Of a stretch of DNA of 64,000 nucleotides, positions 52,320 through 62,980 are shown piece after piece. The translations under genes and the position numbers were made by a program. The stretch's first letter is position 1, and every line of letters begins with the position of its first letter. This stretch comes from an uncultured Candidatus Saccharibacteria bacterium. Lineage in GTDB: Bacteria; Patescibacteriota; Minisyncoccia; Minisyncoccales; Staskawiczbacteraceae. The stretch is taken from assembly GCA_964424305.1 (NCBI GenBank), contig CAYRHW010000003.1:4895-68894 (forward strand), written 5' to 3'. Below the pieces are notes generated by a model. The model had not been told where the DNA came from, did no database searches, and saw only the letters and a list, made by a program, of their open reading frames with translations.

Positions 52320-53038
52320 ATCTTTGTTCTACTACTAGATTGAATTATTTCCAAGCTCTTGGGTCCACAATTAAACAACAAGTCAATTACCGAAAGATTC
52401 TCGATGAATGGCTCAAACCTTTGAGGGTAGATGGGGTGCTTAAATTCTGAAAAAATATGCTTTACATTATTTTTCGCAAATTTTTCTTCTTCTAAATAAC
52501 TTTTCCCGCCAAGTTTTTTACTTCCCGACCCCGTAAGGTGCGTATCTGCTCCCAACTCTTCACATAATTCAATTAACAGATCTGTTTTTTTCCCTTTTAA
52601 TTTATATTTCGAACTTTCGATAAGTGGTGTCTTAATTCCCAATTGTTCTTTCAAATAATAAATTACAGTTTCGTTCAAATCAATTAAGTTTACCCATTTT
52701 TTAGAATATAAATTTTTAAAAAAAGCTTCGTGCTTACTGAAAAACGGAGTTTTTTTATAATTAAAATAAATTGTTTTCCAGTGTTGTCTCCCCCAGGATG
52801 AAGAATTATCTATTTTTATCTCATTTATCTTTTGGAAACCTTTCCCTTTCGCGATTACGGGCACCGTAAGCCAAGCCCAGCCCCGAGGGTCAGAAACTGT
52901 TCTAATTCTATTCCTGTTTTGGAACCCTCCGGTAGAAAATTGGATATGATCAACTAAAATAAATCTATCAACATTTGCCATTTTATAAAAAAATCCTAAG
53001 TAGGGGAGATATTCTGGTTGATGTGCAGATATAATCAT
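52316..53038 (-). CDS. WbqC-family protein
   Basis: MIISAHQPEYLPYLGFFYK is the WbqC N-terminal signature. Confidence 0.8.
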   Translation of the reverse strand: MIISAHQPEYLPYLGFFYKMANVDRFILVDHIQFSTGGFQNRNRIRTVSDPRGWAWLTVPVIAKGKGFQKINEIKIDNSSSWGRQHWKTIYFNYKKTPFFSKHEAFFKNLYSKKWVNLIDLNETVIYYLKEQLGIKTPLIESSKYKLKGKKTDLLIELCEELGADTHLTGSGSKKLGGKSYLEEEKFAKNNVKHIFSEFKHPIYPQRFEPFIENLSVIDLLFNCGPKSLEIIQSSSRTKI

Positions 53039-53099
53039 TTCTTTGTAATTCTAATTTATCAATTCTATCTAATAATTATGATTACGGCAAATATTTTGC

Positions 53100-53753
53100 T
53101 TATTCCTCCTTTTCCTCACCTTCCTCTAGCAGTGAAGGAAGTTCATTCCTCCCACCGTTACCGTACACTCCCTTTCTCGATAAAACCGCAAAAAATCCAA
53201 TAATAAATACCTTAAGATCTAGCCACAATGACCAATTATCAACATACCATGCATCATATTCCAACCTTTTACCCCATGGAACAAGGCCTCGACCCTTGAT
53301 ATCTACTAAACAAATCAACCCAGGTTTTACCAATACCCTCTTTTCCCACAATCCACTAGAAAATCTACCCATATTTTCATACTTAGGTAGGGGCCTTGGC
53401 CCGACCAAACTCATCTCTCCCCTTAATATGTTGACTAACTGTGGCCATTCATCAAGCGTCCATTTCCGTAAAAATTTGCCGATTTTTGTCACCCGAGGAT
53501 CATTTTCTGCAGAAGCCAAGCCTAACCCAATGCTTTCAGCATTTTTAATCATTGTCCGAAATTTCCAAATTCTAAATAATTTCCCGCCCTTACCCAGCCT
53601 TTCTTGCTTAAAAATCACCGGCCCATCCGAATCAAAAAATATTGAGATGACTATAATCAAAAAGAGCGGAAACAATAAAATTAACGCAAAAAGCGCTAGC
53701 AAGAAATCGGCCATTGTTTTAATAAATTGGAAAAGTGAATATCTTGTTTTCAT
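53100..53753 (-). CDS. Polyprenyl-phosphate sugar-phosphate transferase (small PglC/WbaP-C type initiating enzyme)
   Basis: Re-entrant N-terminal helix, then GPVIFKQERLGKGGK.F...KFRTM and MSLVGPRP. Confidence 0.9.
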   Translation of the reverse strand: MKTRYSLFQFIKTMADFLLALFALILLFPLFLIIVISIFFDSDGPVIFKQERLGKGGKLFRIWKFRTMIKNAESIGLGLASAENDPRVTKIGKFLRKWTLDEWPQLVNILRGEMSLVGPRPLPKYENMGRFSSGLWEKRVLVKPGLICLVDIKGRGLVPWGKRLEYDAWYVDNWSLWLDLKVFIIGFFAVLSRKGVYGNGGRNELPSLLEEGEEKEE

Positions 53754-54466
53754 TTTTTAACACCATCTATATAAAAACTATGCGAAAGAAAAATAAAAAT
53801 TGGGAAAAAAATAACATTAAGCCACCTATAAATCTTCGACCATAAAATTATTCTAGTAAAAACCTCTAAAAACTTTGGACATATATATATCCCCTTGATA
53901 GAAATATTTTTGAAGCCTTCTTTGCTCAAAATTTTTTTTAATTGAAGTGGGCTATAAAAAGTGAAAATCGGACTATTCTTACCACGAAAAGACGATATAG
54001 CAAAGGTGTTTAAAGTTCTAATAATAAGGACGCCATCTTTTTTTAAAGTGCGCGCCATCTCTTTTATGGCCCGAGATGGATCAGCAACCGTTTGAAGAAC
54101 ACCAAGACACACCACAACATCGAAAGATTCATTAGGAAACGGTAATTTATAGATTGGAGACCGCTGGAAATCAACTGTTGGAGCATACCGCCTTGCGACT
54201 TTAACGACCTCTTTCGAAAAATCAACACCATATGCTTCAAAGCCGAGCCGAGCAAGCTCCTTACTAATAACTCCGGACCCACATCCAACATCAAGCACTG
54301 AAGATTTCAGGTTTATATCCTTAATCTTTTTTAGATAGTACTCAAAAAAATACTGAAAATATATCTTCCAACTACGCTCGAATCCGTCCAAAGACATAGA
54401 TCCATTTTTTATTATAGCCTTGTCAATACTTTTCTCCCATTTATGCTCTAATTTTATTTCCTTCAT
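53750..54466 (-). CDS. Class I SAM-dependent methyltransferase with hydrophobic C-terminal tail (paralog A)
   Basis: SAM motif I VLDVGCGSGV. The tail is FFPIFIFLSHSFYIDGVKK. Confidence 0.85.
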   Translation of the reverse strand: MKEIKLEHKWEKSIDKAIIKNGSMSLDGFERSWKIYFQYFFEYYLKKIKDINLKSSVLDVGCGSGVISKELARLGFEAYGVDFSKEVVKVARRYAPTVDFQRSPIYKLPFPNESFDVVVCLGVLQTVADPSRAIKEMARTLKKDGVLIIRTLNTFAISSFRGKNSPIFTFYSPLQLKKILSKEGFKNISIKGIYICPKFLEVFTRIILWSKIYRWLNVIFFPIFIFLSHSFYIDGVKK

Positions 54467-55179
54467 TTTTTTACACCTTCAATATAAAACCCATGAGAAA
54501 AGAAAACAAATATTGGAAAAAATAAAAAATTAAAAACTTTATATAATTTTATTCTGACAAAAAAACCGCTTAAAAAATCGAGTTTGGGGGGGAAAGAAAA
54601 TATGCCCCTTATAGGAAAAACATTAAATCCTTCTTTTTCCATCATTTTTTTAAAACTAAACGGATTATAAAAAATACAAACAGGGTTATCTCTTTTTCCC
54701 CTAAATGACAAAAGAAAAAGAGTGTTTAAGGTTCTAACTATTAATATTCCCCCTTTCTTTAAAACCCTCCCCATTTCTGCGATTGCCCTATCTGAATGCT
54801 CAACCGTCTGGAATACTCCCAAACATACAACTATATCAAAGGTTCCATCGAGAAACGGTAATTCATATATAGATGACTGCGTGAAATCAACCCCAGGATT
54901 TTCTTCTCTAGCGAATTTAACAACCTCCGAAGAGAAATCCACCCCAGACACTCTAAAACCGTGCTTTAATAGCTCCTTACTAACTAACCCAGTCCCACAA
55001 CCGACATCAAGCAGAATTGTTTTTGAGTTATCTCTCTTAATGTGAGAATAAAAATATTCTAAAAAGTACCGCAAATTATTATTCCAGTTCTTTTCCACCA
55101 TGAATTTTGCATCTTTCCCATAAGTAGCAAATACATTGTCATAATATTTTTTGATTCTTACCTCTATATCTTTTTCCAT
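54463..55179 (-). CDS. Class I SAM-dependent methyltransferase with hydrophobic C-terminal tail (paralog B)
   Basis: LLDVGCGTGL. The tail is FFPIFVFFSHGFYIEGVKK. Same length (238 aa) as the neighbouring paralog. Confidence 0.85.
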   Translation of the reverse strand: MEKDIEVRIKKYYDNVFATYGKDAKFMVEKNWNNNLRYFLEYFYSHIKRDNSKTILLDVGCGTGLVSKELLKHGFRVSGVDFSSEVVKFAREENPGVDFTQSSIYELPFLDGTFDIVVCLGVFQTVEHSDRAIAEMGRVLKKGGILIVRTLNTLFLLSFRGKRDNPVCIFYNPFSFKKMMEKEGFNVFPIRGIFSFPPKLDFLSGFFVRIKLYKVFNFLFFPIFVFFSHGFYIEGVKK

Positions 55180-55193
55180 ATTAATATTATCGA

Positions 55194-56360
55194 CTAATTC
55201 AATTTTTCATTAACCAACCGTTGATATTCTGTTTTTAATCTATTAAAAACTATTCCTGAATCGAATTCTTCTAAAATTTTACACCTGCCAGCCATGCCCA
55301 ATTTTTGCATTTTCTCAGGATTCCCCAACAGGGCGATTATCGCCCTTGCTAATTCTTTTGGGTTTTTTAGTGGAACTAGAATGCCAGTTTCGCCATCGTT
55401 GATAGCCTCTGGACAGCCTCCCGTATTTGTGGCTATTACTGGTATCCTCATGGCTGATGCTTCCAAAATCGACGCCCCGATTCCTTCTCGATGAGTAGGC
55501 AAAACAAATATATCCATCACGCAATATATTTCCTCAATATCACTCTTTTCTCCTAAAAATATGACACTATTTTGTATGTTATATTTTTTAACAACCTCCG
55601 GGTCTATCGCATCCCTCTTTGTCGGCTCTGATTGCCCGATAATTAACAAGATAGCATCCGGGAAACTAGCAATCACAGACCCGAAAGCTTCAAAAAGCTC
55701 GAGATATCCTTTTTCTTCAACCATTCTTGCCACTATGCCCACCACCTTACCGAAAGGATTTATACCTAATTGTTTTTTCTTCTTGATAACGAATTCTTTA
55801 GAAAAATTTTCAGGATTGAATCTATTAGTATCAATGTCTCTACCTAAATACTTCAGTAAATTTGGCTGACAAATATTTCCCTCAAGCGCTGATTTAATTA
55901 CTGCTTCGCTCACTGAAAATATAAGACTTGAGTATTTACTAGCGATTTTTTGTAGAAAACCAAACACCTTTCTCCCTATGAAAGGAACATCTGCTGATAA
56001 ATCGAACCCATGCAAAGTATCAATGATAATTGGGACTCCGGCCAATTTAGCGGCTATCTGACCATAAATTTCTGGTTTCGGAGTATGTGTTTGAACTATA
56101 TCAAACTTTTCTTTATTAAAATAAAAAAACATTTTTACCAAAAAAACTAGGTCCGCGATAGGACTCATTTTTCTTTTAATAACCATGGTTTTTACCCTAA
56201 TGCCCTCTTGCTCAATATCTTTAACCCATTTTCCGGGAGAACAAATTGCTGACACATCATAGCCCTGATCTCGTAAAAATTTTAACTGACCAAAAAGCAT
56301 AAACTTCAAAGTAATGTCTACGCTAACAACACAACAAATTTTAACTTTTTTATTTTCCAT
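55194..56360 (-). CDS. Glycosyltransferase family 4 (GT-B) (start re-called to the ATG at 56360)
   Basis: EGIGASILEASAMRIPVIATNTGGCPEAI is an EX7E-type motif. Confidence 0.85.
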   Translation of the reverse strand: MENKKVKICCVVSVDITLKFMLFGQLKFLRDQGYDVSAICSPGKWVKDIEQEGIRVKTMVIKRKMSPIADLVFLVKMFFYFNKEKFDIVQTHTPKPEIYGQIAAKLAGVPIIIDTLHGFDLSADVPFIGRKVFGFLQKIASKYSSLIFSVSEAVIKSALEGNICQPNLLKYLGRDIDTNRFNPENFSKEFVIKKKKQLGINPFGKVVGIVARMVEEKGYLELFEAFGSVIASFPDAILLIIGQSEPTKRDAIDPEVVKKYNIQNSVIFLGEKSDIEEIYCVMDIFVLPTHREGIGASILEASAMRIPVIATNTGGCPEAINDGETGILVPLKNPKELARAIIALLGNPEKMQKLGMAGRCKILEEFDSGIVFNRLKTEYQRLVNEKLN

Positions 56361-57258
56361 ACATTTTTTCAAAAACATCTTTATACGTAGCAACCCAAAT
56401 ATCATCTTTTTTCCCCTCGATATACTCTAATATTAGCTTAAAATCTTTTAAATCAACAACGTCCTGCGGATCGAAATATACATTAACGTATGCGTTATTA
56501 TTTACCCCAGATTCTACCAAGCTTTTAAATAATCTGTAAAATTCTTCTTTTCGAATGTGTTTTTTATTTCCTCTTTCTAGGGAGTGCCACGTGTCAAAAA
56601 CTGCAAAAGAATGTTTGGGACAATTACTTAAAGGAAATTCCACTATTCCATTTTTTACAAACGGGAAACCACAACTAGATGTTTTTATAGCCGACATAGA
56701 GGAAGAATACTTATATCCCACCTCTCTTAATACTCCATACACGTCCTCGGTATGCAAGTTTCCGAAATGCGGCGTTCTAAATCCCACGGGAGCATACCCC
56801 AAAATGTTTTTACAGGCCATATGACATTTTTCAATTTCCATTATTTTTTGGCTACCTGTAAGTTCATCGAATTTTTGCGCTGGATTCAATTCTTCATTAT
56901 TGGGATGTGTGTAACTATGATTTACAATCTCATGCCCATTCTCAATTATCCTTCTATGCTCCTTCGGATATTTTTCAATAAATTTACCGACGCAAGCGAA
57001 AGATGCCTTGAACGAATAAGCCGAGAGAATATCTAGAAGAGGCCGGAGCGACAAAATATCCTTCGTATGATCACAATCAAAGGATAAACAGAGACAAACT
57101 TTTTTCCCATTCCAATTAGTTTCAATTGTATTTTTTTTATAAAAAACTTCCGAGCAATAGAATAATCTTATTTTACAAATCACGTAATCAAACAATCTTT
57201 GTTTAACTTTTCTAATTATTAAAAATATTTTTCGCACAATTTTGTTATCCCTTAACAC
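56350..57258 (-). CDS. Polysaccharide deacetylase (CE4 family)
   Basis: FDCDH, GHEIVNHSYTHP and FRTPH. Confidence 0.8.
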   Translation of the reverse strand: MLRDNKIVRKIFLIIRKVKQRLFDYVICKIRLFYCSEVFYKKNTIETNWNGKKVCLCLSFDCDHTKDILSLRPLLDILSAYSFKASFACVGKFIEKYPKEHRRIIENGHEIVNHSYTHPNNEELNPAQKFDELTGSQKIMEIEKCHMACKNILGYAPVGFRTPHFGNLHTEDVYGVLREVGYKYSSSMSAIKTSSCGFPFVKNGIVEFPLSNCPKHSFAVFDTWHSLERGNKKHIRKEEFYRLFKSLVESGVNNNAYVNVYFDPQDVVDLKDFKLILEYIEGKKDDIWVATYKDVFEKMYGK

Positions 57259-58466
57259 TGTATTAAATTTTCTAAAATTTTAACCAAGGTTCCGGTGCAA
57301 TTTTTAGCATCGTATTTTTTTATTTCTTCCCGATTGGGCTTTATCTCAAGCTTTAAACCCACATATAACTCATAGTAATTTCTGATCGCCTCTTTAATGC
57401 CCTCTATATCATCTACCATCACGACTACCCCAGTTTTAGTAGCCCGAATGACATCCGCAGATGCTCCAGCAGGAACGATAGCTAAAATCGGCTTACCTAT
57501 ATTAATGTACTCCATAAGTTTTGACGGAAGGAACACACTCTCTTTTTCGCTTGGCGCATCTATCAAAAGTAGTGCATCTGCGCTGATGAGATGATGCAGA
57601 ATTTCCTTCCTTGGCACAGTGTCTATAAGTTGAACAATATTTTCCAACTGATATTTTTTTATTAAACTCTTACCTTTCTCAATCTGCCCTATTAACTTAA
57701 CTTTAATTTTTCCGTCAATATCCATTTCGTTCTTTAGCATTTTTAGCGCCCTAAAAAATGGCTCTGGCGATCTTGGACCATAAAAATTACCGGCATGAGT
57801 AATTACAAACTTATTTTCTTTCTCTTCTTGACGGCCATCAGGAAACCCTAAAAAATCATAAGAATTAGGTACCACTTCTATTTTATCTTCTATCTTATAT
57901 TTTTCTAAAAATAACCTTTTTGTTTGGTCTGTAGTGACAATAATTTTATCGGCGGTGAACATAACCTTTTTCTCTAAATATTCATCAATCTTTTTAACAA
58001 TCCTGTTCGGAGAGAAATAATATGAGCTTTGAGTCCAGGGGTCGGAAAAACACGCCACCCAATATAAGTTACTTAGAGATTTTAATTTTAATGCCACCAA
58101 ATGACTAACGATTGGCGTTGATCTAGATATGATTATATCAATTTTTTCTTTTTTTAAAATTTTTTTACCGGCCTTTATTGCAGACAGCGCCCATCCTATT
58201 CTACTATAAGTGTGAGATAAAATTTTCAATTTTTGAAACCCGTAAACCATTATATTCCCTATAGGTCGAACCCTAAAAAACGAAACATTTTTAATGGAAC
58301 CACAGGGCATTGAAAAATCTAATAAATCTCCTATTGATTTCTTGGCGCACAAAATCGTGGCGCCCCAATTAAAGCAAGATAAATATTTTACGAAATTAAA
58401 AGTCATCGCACTTTCTGCAGATTTGATTGGAGGGAAAAAATGAGAAATTAAAAGTATTCTTTTCAT
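57252..58466 (-). CDS. Glycosyltransferase, GT-B fold (GT4-like)
   Basis: The C-terminal half has LPSKLMEYINIGKPILAIV, a GT-B nucleotide-sugar binding pattern. Confidence 0.7.
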   Translation of the reverse strand: MKRILLISHFFPPIKSAESAMTFNFVKYLSCFNWGATILCAKKSIGDLLDFSMPCGSIKNVSFFRVRPIGNIMVYGFQKLKILSHTYSRIGWALSAIKAGKKILKKEKIDIIISRSTPIVSHLVALKLKSLSNLYWVACFSDPWTQSSYYFSPNRIVKKIDEYLEKKVMFTADKIIVTTDQTKRLFLEKYKIEDKIEVVPNSYDFLGFPDGRQEEKENKFVITHAGNFYGPRSPEPFFRALKMLKNEMDIDGKIKVKLIGQIEKGKSLIKKYQLENIVQLIDTVPRKEILHHLISADALLLIDAPSEKESVFLPSKLMEYINIGKPILAIVPAGASADVIRATKTGVVVMVDDIEGIKEAIRNYYELYVGLKLEIKPNREEIKKYDAKNCTGTLVKILENLIQC

Positions 58467-59575
58467 TTATTAGAAACAATAATATCAATAATTTTTTTTG
58501 CTGCAGTCCCGTCTCCGAAGGGATTATTTTTAATACCGCATGTTATTTTTTTATTAAACATTTTCTCGGCCGATTTTAAAATTTTCCTTGGGTCACTTCC
58601 CGCTAAAATATTCATCCCGAATTCTATCGTCTCGGGCCTTTCCGTACTATCTCTTAGGGTGACACAAGGAATCCCGAATATAAAAGCCTCTTCCTGAACG
58701 CCCCCCGAATCAGTCAATATAAGCTTCGCATTTTTCTCTAATTGCAAAAATTCTAAAAATCCGACGGGCTCCATCAACGACACCCCCCTCGGAAGTGATA
58801 TACCGAATTCAATTATTTTATTTTTAGTTCTTGGGTGAATTGGAAAAATTACTGACCTTTTAAATCTGTTCGAGACCAACTCAATCCCTTTTAATATTCC
58901 CTCTAGCTTTTCTTTTTTGTCTACATTTTCCGATCTATGAAAAGTTACTAAAATATATTCACCGCTCTTTAATTTTAATTTTTTAAGAATATTTGTTTTT
59001 TTGTTTGCTATTTGAATATTTTGCAATATAGCATCCACTATTGTATTCCCGGTTACAACAATCCTACCCAAATCTCTACCTTCTTGCCGCAAATTCTCCA
59101 GTGCATTCTCTGTTGGAACCATAAGAAAATCAGCGATATGATCGACAATAACCCTTATCACTTCCTCCATCATTGATGTATCATGACTTCTCAAACCTGC
59201 TTCATGATGAACCAACTTAATTCCTAACTTATTAGCCGCGAGCGCTCCAGCCAAAACTGATATTGTGTCTCCCTGCACAATAACAATATTTGGTTTTTCT
59301 TTTATTAATACTGCCATAATATTCTTAACCATTATACCAACCTGCATTCTATATGGCTGTCCCCCGATTTTAAGATTAAATTTCGGAGTCGCCAAATTTA
59401 AATCTTTAAAGAACACTTCGTCCATCTTTTCGCTATAATGTTGCCCAGTATGCAAAACGAAATAAGTCAAACCCCGAACATCACACTCTCTAATAATCGG
59501 CGACATTTTTATTATTTCTGGACGGGTGCCCAATATAATACAAATTTTATTTTTGGGATTTATTTTTTTGATCAT
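58463..59575 (-). CDS. wecB: UDP-N-acetylglucosamine 2-epimerase (non-hydrolysing)
   Basis: ILGTRPEIIKMSPI, VQGDT, HHEAGLRS and LTDSGGVQEEA. Confidence 0.9.
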   Translation of the reverse strand: MIKKINPKNKICIILGTRPEIIKMSPIIRECDVRGLTYFVLHTGQHYSEKMDEVFFKDLNLATPKFNLKIGGQPYRMQVGIMVKNIMAVLIKEKPNIVIVQGDTISVLAGALAANKLGIKLVHHEAGLRSHDTSMMEEVIRVIVDHIADFLMVPTENALENLRQEGRDLGRIVVTGNTIVDAILQNIQIANKKTNILKKLKLKSGEYILVTFHRSENVDKKEKLEGILKGIELVSNRFKRSVIFPIHPRTKNKIIEFGISLPRGVSLMEPVGFLEFLQLEKNAKLILTDSGGVQEEAFIFGIPCVTLRDSTERPETIEFGMNILAGSDPRKILKSAEKMFNKKITCGIKNNPFGDGTAAKKIIDIIVSNK

Positions 59576-59582
59576 TTTTTTA

Positions 59583-60323
59583 TTACCTCTTTTTTAAAAT
59601 AAGACACAACGTAGCATAACCAGAACCCTTAACAGATTTTGAAACATCAAGCCAACAATCGACTTCTATATTTTTTTTAATGATCTCAAAATTGTTATTT
59701 TGAAGCCACCCTTCAAACATCTCCGATCTTAGAGAATGGGGGTGGGAAATATCTACCGGAACATTTAAATTTTCTAAAATGTAAAAAATACCTCCCTTTT
59801 TAAGAATTCTTTTCCCCTCTCCCAAAACTTTCCCAGGAGAAATAACATGTTGAAGAACATTATATATAAATACTCTATCAACAGATTCATCGTGCAAAGG
59901 AATATTCTCACCCGGTGAACAGATTCGCTCAATTATTTTATCATTTTTATTTATTGGCATTGGATCTATCGCAATCCTTCTTTCGGCTCTAAGCTTTGTT
60001 AAAATACCAATAGGACCAGACCCGATATCTACAAGAATATTATTACCAAAATTTTCATTTTCTTTTAACCCAAAATATTCTAGAACTATCTTGAGCCATT
60101 GGTCATCATTTTTATTTTTTTCTAACCATTCCTGCCACCCTTTTTTTTGGCTAATCTGGGAAATAAACCAACCCAACCTCGGGCTAAACCTAAATATTTT
60201 CTTATGCAAAGGATTTAATGCAGCTATTAATTTCCGCCTAACCCTGATAAAAATTGAAGACTTAACGCTTGATTGATTATCCCCCATTTTATATATGTTA
60301 TTTTCCAAATTTACTTTATCCAT
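59583..60323 (-). CDS. Class I SAM-dependent methyltransferase
   Basis: VDIGSGPIG and the downstream VDRVFIYNVLQHV pattern. Confidence 0.7.
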   Translation of the reverse strand: MDKVNLENNIYKMGDNQSSVKSSIFIRVRRKLIAALNPLHKKIFRFSPRLGWFISQISQKKGWQEWLEKNKNDDQWLKIVLEYFGLKENENFGNNILVDIGSGPIGILTKLRAERRIAIDPMPINKNDKIIERICSPGENIPLHDESVDRVFIYNVLQHVISPGKVLGEGKRILKKGGIFYILENLNVPVDISHPHSLRSEMFEGWLQNNNFEIIKKNIEVDCWLDVSKSVKGSGYATLCLILKKR

Positions 60324-61447
60324 ATAAAATTTCCTTCCGCTTCTCTTATATTCTGGGAAACTTTTTCCCCATCGACCGTCATTTCTTTTATCCTGCCCAA
60401 TTCACTAATTGAGATACCTCTCTCGGCATATTCATTTCTTTTAACAAACGGCATACTAAATTCGTTACAAATCTCACTTATTTTCATTTCTACCTGTATC
60501 CCAACAAAGGGCACACCCAAAATAGCACTGAAAACTAATGCGTGATATCTATTGCTTATTGTAAAAATCGCCCTTCCGATATATTCCCCAACCTCTTCCT
60601 CCTCGCTTAAATATTTAACAATTATCCTGCCTACAAAAGTGGGGTGCTCTGCTAAAATACTATTATTAAGTCCGTCAAGAAATTCATAGTCACAACCACC
60701 CTCTTTACCCTGGAAAGCGCAAAGGACGAGAATATATTCATGCCCCCACTTGTTAAGAACATCCACAATAAGATTCAAGGACTGCTCACGAAACAGCACC
60801 CCATCCCTTGCACCACCGCATATTCTACCATAATCAAACAACGCCAAAGCAATATATTTTTTCCCGTAACCGGTGTATGGTAAAAACGATTTTACAAATC
60901 CATTATCAAAAAGTATATCAGCCGTTTTGATTACCCCCGCTTTACCAACAAGAACGCTTGCGGCATTAAAAGAAAAATTATCTCTAACAGATGTAAATTC
61001 GCTTTTTTTTATAATATATTTTAGATACCAAACATTTATAGAACAAGTTATCTTATCGATACCGACACCTACTACATATATTTTTTTAGAGAATACGCTC
61101 CTTAAATAGCTGACTACGCACAACATCAACATCGCTGGATTATGTTTACCACTATCAATGAACAAAGTCCCGCCCCCAATCACTAGCTTATCAGCACCCA
61201 AAACAGCAATAAATAACCTACCTAAATATTTAATGCGCGAAATAAATAAAAACTCACCCGGTTTTTTTTTAATTCCAATCTGAAATATACCATTAACTTT
61301 TGGAAGATTTTTGCAAACAACGTAAATTAATGAAAAAGGATGCACCTCACGTATTCTTTTTATAATAACCTTAAGCATAAGCTCATCCCCAAGATTACCA
61401 AATCCATAATATCCCCAAATCAAATATTTTATATTTCTAGTTTTCAT
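60311..61447 (-). CDS. Polysaccharide pyruvyl transferase (CsaB/WcaK family)
   Basis: N-terminal GYYGFGNLGDELML and C-terminal SNRYHALVFS motifs. Confidence 0.8.
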   Translation of the reverse strand: MKTRNIKYLIWGYYGFGNLGDELMLKVIIKRIREVHPFSLIYVVCKNLPKVNGIFQIGIKKKPGEFLFISRIKYLGRLFIAVLGADKLVIGGGTLFIDSGKHNPAMLMLCVVSYLRSVFSKKIYVVGVGIDKITCSINVWYLKYIIKKSEFTSVRDNFSFNAASVLVGKAGVIKTADILFDNGFVKSFLPYTGYGKKYIALALFDYGRICGGARDGVLFREQSLNLIVDVLNKWGHEYILVLCAFQGKEGGCDYEFLDGLNNSILAEHPTFVGRIIVKYLSEEEEVGEYIGRAIFTISNRYHALVFSAILGVPFVGIQVEMKISEICNEFSMPFVKRNEYAERGISISELGRIKEMTVDGEKVSQNIREAEGNFIWIK

Positions 61448-62243
61448 CCCTATATTTTTCTTTATTCAATGAGCATCTATGCGCGTATACTATGCTCCCT
61501 ACCCGTTTAACTTTAAAGTTGAATTTTTCCAATCTACAAATGATTTTGGCCAATCTTTCCAAGTATGTTTCGCCACACTTATGATATTCAAATACTATAT
61601 GGCGGATGCGACCAAACACCCATTCGGGAGCCTTCTCAAAAATATCATATTCCCCTCCCTCAACATCAACTTTAAGCAAGTCAATTTTTTCCAATTGGTG
61701 TACCCTAAAAATATCTTCCAATGTTACTACCAAAATCTTTCTACTCTCTCCCCCAGAATAAAAATAAGATGATGCATGAATTTCCTGTCCATTTTTGCTT
61801 ATATTAAGATTTTCGTGCTCACCACCTCCAACTCCCTTACAAACAGATTCAATAACTTTGCTAAAATCATTTATTTTAATGTTTTTTTCTAAAATAAAAA
61901 AGTTTTCTATAATCGGTTCGTAGACAATAACCCTTGCATCTAGATACTTCGCAGCATACAAGGAAAAATCTCCTATGTACCCCCCAACATCTACGATAAT
62001 CGGATGCTCTCCCGATCTAAAGTTTTTTATATAAGCCCTCATCAGAAACGTCTCTGCAACAACGCGCGCATCCCAGATATTTCTTCGTATTATTATTTTC
62101 AACCCATCTCTTGTTTTTAATATAACTTCTCCTTCTCCTTTTTTATATAAAGCCGAAAGATACGTACTAAAATTTCTGAAATAAAACGCAGCTCGTATGA
62201 TTGATGCAATATAACGTTTTAATACAAACAGCTTTTCTTTCAT
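61437..62243 (-). CDS. FkbM-family methyltransferase
   Basis: VDVGGYIGDFS and LLKVDVEGGEYDIF. Confidence 0.8.
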   Translation of the reverse strand: MKEKLFVLKRYIASIIRAAFYFRNFSTYLSALYKKGEGEVILKTRDGLKIIIRRNIWDARVVAETFLMRAYIKNFRSGEHPIIVDVGGYIGDFSLYAAKYLDARVIVYEPIIENFFILEKNIKINDFSKVIESVCKGVGGGEHENLNISKNGQEIHASSYFYSGGESRKILVVTLEDIFRVHQLEKIDLLKVDVEGGEYDIFEKAPEWVFGRIRHIVFEYHKCGETYLERLAKIICRLEKFNFKVKRVGSIVYAHRCSLNKEKYRDEN

Positions 62244-62980
62244 TGTGATGGCCCCTTCCTATAACTTAGGATTAGATCAACAGCTAAACTATCAAAATCT
62301 TTTTTTAAAATCTCTGCGTTTGGAATAACGCAGTGGCCACCTATAACACCCTTTGGAGGGAGAAGAACCGGCCGCACGACATTGCACATTCCCAATTTTG
62401 CGTACCCATCATTATAAGTTTTATTAAAGTCACTTACTGTTTGCCCAAAATCAACATTAAATTTATCACAAACTTTTTTCATTTCTCCGTGCCAGGCGAT
62501 ACACACCCCGTAATAACTAGTATCTAAAATTTTTGCCAATTCAGTAGCACAAGATGGGAAAAGTAATTTTGTTTTTATCCCCAATCCCTTTAAGTGTTTT
62601 TCTGCCAATTCACCTGCTTTTTTCCCGTCAGCACCCACATACTTTACAAAAGTTTTAATCCCTTTATAAAGATTAGGGTGCACTCCCCTAACAGGGCTGT
62701 GGACAACCATTTCATTAAATTTTTGGCCTATTTTTTTAGTAACTCCTGGGGCAACGGTAGAATGAATTATCGTTAATTTCGGCTTTACTTTCTTTATTTC
62801 TTCCTCAACTATTGCCATAAACTTATCTGACCAAGGAACGCAAATATTTAAGATATCTGAACCGATGAGACCATCGTCTCTCGTCAAATCTTTAATAGAC
62901 GGGTTTTTATAAAATTTAGCAATCGCCTGACCAACTTCACCGTAACCCAAAATACCGATTTTTTGTTTACTATTTTTCAT
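62240..62980 (-). CDS. NAD-binding protein, short UDP-glucose/GDP-mannose dehydrogenase-like
   Basis: Rossmann IGILGYGEVGQAIA, central ELAKILDTSYYGVCIAWHGEMKKVCDKFNVD, and IGGHCVIPN resembling the catalytic Cys loop. Confidence 0.45.
   Translation of the reverse strand: MKNSKQKIGILGYGEVGQAIAKFYKNPSIKDLTRDDGLIGSDILNICVPWSDKFMAIVEEEIKKVKPKLTIIHSTVAPGVTKKIGQKFNEMVVHSPVRGVHPNLYKGIKTFVKYVGADGKKAGELAEKHLKGLGIKTKLLFPSCATELAKILDTSYYGVCIAWHGEMKKVCDKFNVDFGQTVSDFNKTYNDGYAKLGMCNVVRPVLLPPKGVIGGHCVIPNAEILKKDFDSLAVDLILSYRKGPSQ

Noticed and set aside
970-61772. Many plus-strand ORFs of 60-200 aa in the track (for example 970-1359, 8086-8544, 26692-27159, 31408-32010, 53296-53760)
   Set aside because: All lie antisense within longer minus-strand genes that have clear family motifs. 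Their translations are low-complexity (Ser/Phe/Leu/Ile-rich), as expected from the complement of AT-rich coding DNA, and they lack SD sequences.
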